DNA of 54,829 nt, filler included, from Sluysia triapertura (Eukaryota), in NCBI GenBank assembly GCA_046118255.1. It is 4 parts of 4 records of this genome, joined end to end, with 100 filler letters (N's around TTAATTAATTAA, not from the genome) between each part and the next. Parts side by side here need not be neighbours in the genome. Positions count along the whole stretch, not along the records: positions 43,380 to 54,829 come from JBJNIA010184601.1; 3 more parts are not named here. The stretch is one strand, 5' to 3'. Positions 53,760 through 54,829 of the stretch are shown here, one piece after another; within the stretch, counting starts at the first letter, position 1, and every line of letters begins with the position of its first letter. The translations under genes and the position numbers were made by a program. Under the pieces are notes generated by a model that was given only the letters and a program-made list of their open reading frames with translations, did not search any database and was not told the DNA's origin.

Positions 53760-54590
53760 TTTGTCTCGATCTTTAAGTCTGGATTTAATTTTCAAGTTTG
53801 ATTTTTGTACTTTCCTATTTCTCAGATTATATTCTTCTTTTGGTGCACTCTTACACCTATTGATGTGTACTACAAATTAATTTTATTAGGATCTTTAACG
53901 AACACATTTGTATCAGTAACTTTTGTTATAAAATAAGGCCCTTTAAAAGGTTTATGTAACTTAGGTGATTGACCAGGTTTAGTTATTGGATAATCTATCA
54001 ATAATTCGTCACCTATTTTAAAAGTATGTTTTTGGCTGTCCTATAGTATATTTCTTGAGAATACTTAATTTGAAGACCTGCTCGTTTCCATGCGTCATGT
54101 AATGATTCCACCATTGTAGTCACATACTCTGGAATCTCTAAGTATTGTGAAGTTGGAGGAACCCATTCTAAATCTACTGTCATATTAGAGTGTCTACCAT
54201 ACTAAATAAAATGGAGTAAAATTAGTAGATTGATGTACGGAACTTCTCTACGCAAAAAGACATGGTGGGATGTATAAATCCCAATCAGATTGTCCATCGT
54301 TTACGTAAGATTGAATCATATTTATGAGAGTCCTACTAAAACTTTCCAATAATCCGTCAGTTTGTAAATGGTAAGGTGATATATAAATTCTAAGGATGTT
54401 AAAAATCTTTGCTACAGGTTTAATCACGTCGCTAGTAAAATTAGTACCTTGATCTGTCAGTAATTTTCTAGGAGTTCCATATCCATATATTATCTTTTCT
54501 ACGAGTACCTGTGCTACTGTTTCAGCCTTCTGATTGGGCATCGGATAAGCCTCGGGCCATTTTGTCAAATAATCAGCGAATACAATTGTT
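53760..54590 (-). mobile_element. Ty3/Gypsy integrase (rve core + GPY/F module), decayed
   Basis: DYLTKWPEAYP...LLTDQGTNFTS...PYHLQTDGLLES...WD....LFA, then PKLHKPFKGPYFI and VVHINRCK; stops and frameshifts present. Confidence 0.93.
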
Positions 54591-54829
54591 TGGATTAGTG
54601 AAGGATAAGGGTTGATATAAGGATCAAAACTTAAGATAACAGAATAAGGTGAAAGTTATTAAAAAACTAAGATAAGGCATTATGATGAACTGTAATAGTA
54701 GGATAAGCATATAAAATATTTAAATCAAGATAAAATAATGAGAAATACGAAAAAATAACCCTTTACAAGGTTTTATCTGTTAAAATATTAAAGTACATTT
54801 GTTAATTAATTTAATTATAATTTGTTTAA

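Overview
AT-rich, intron-containing animal (invertebrate) genomic DNA, not prokaryotic. Three artificial 100-nt joins (44 N + TTAATTAATTAA + 44 N) split the window into four segments whose adjacency cannot be assumed: 1-13524, 13625-27117, 27218-43279 (ordinary gap at 34912-35054) and 43380-54829. The host genes are all partial: VPS13D-like (- strand, three exons), the last exon of an RGS protein, the N-terminal half of a Src-family kinase, eight internal exons of UNC-80, and a Gfo/Idh/MocA (myo-inositol 2-dehydrogenase-like) gene. Two of these have 32-36 nt micro-introns. The rest is largely transposon debris (mariner, Tc1/maT-like, piggyBac-type MITEs, hAT, L2 LINE) and microsatellites. Five observations stand out. 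(1) The 3' half of a decayed Ty3/Gypsy element whose integrase is followed by a second aspartic protease, a polyprotein of serial membrane proteins with a YxxP/PPxY tail, and a spliced orphan gene. (2) A family of ~110-145 bp TG...CA solo-LTR-like elements with 4-bp TSDs that carry a tRNA-Ala-like Pol III unit; four copies, one inserted into the Gypsy element. (3) A ~2.7 kb diverged palindrome centred on a 36-bp coding-like repeat. (4) A dispersed repeat carrying a perfect heat-shock element. (5) A decayed Max-like bHLH-ZIP. All homology calls are by eye from motifs; no database search was run.
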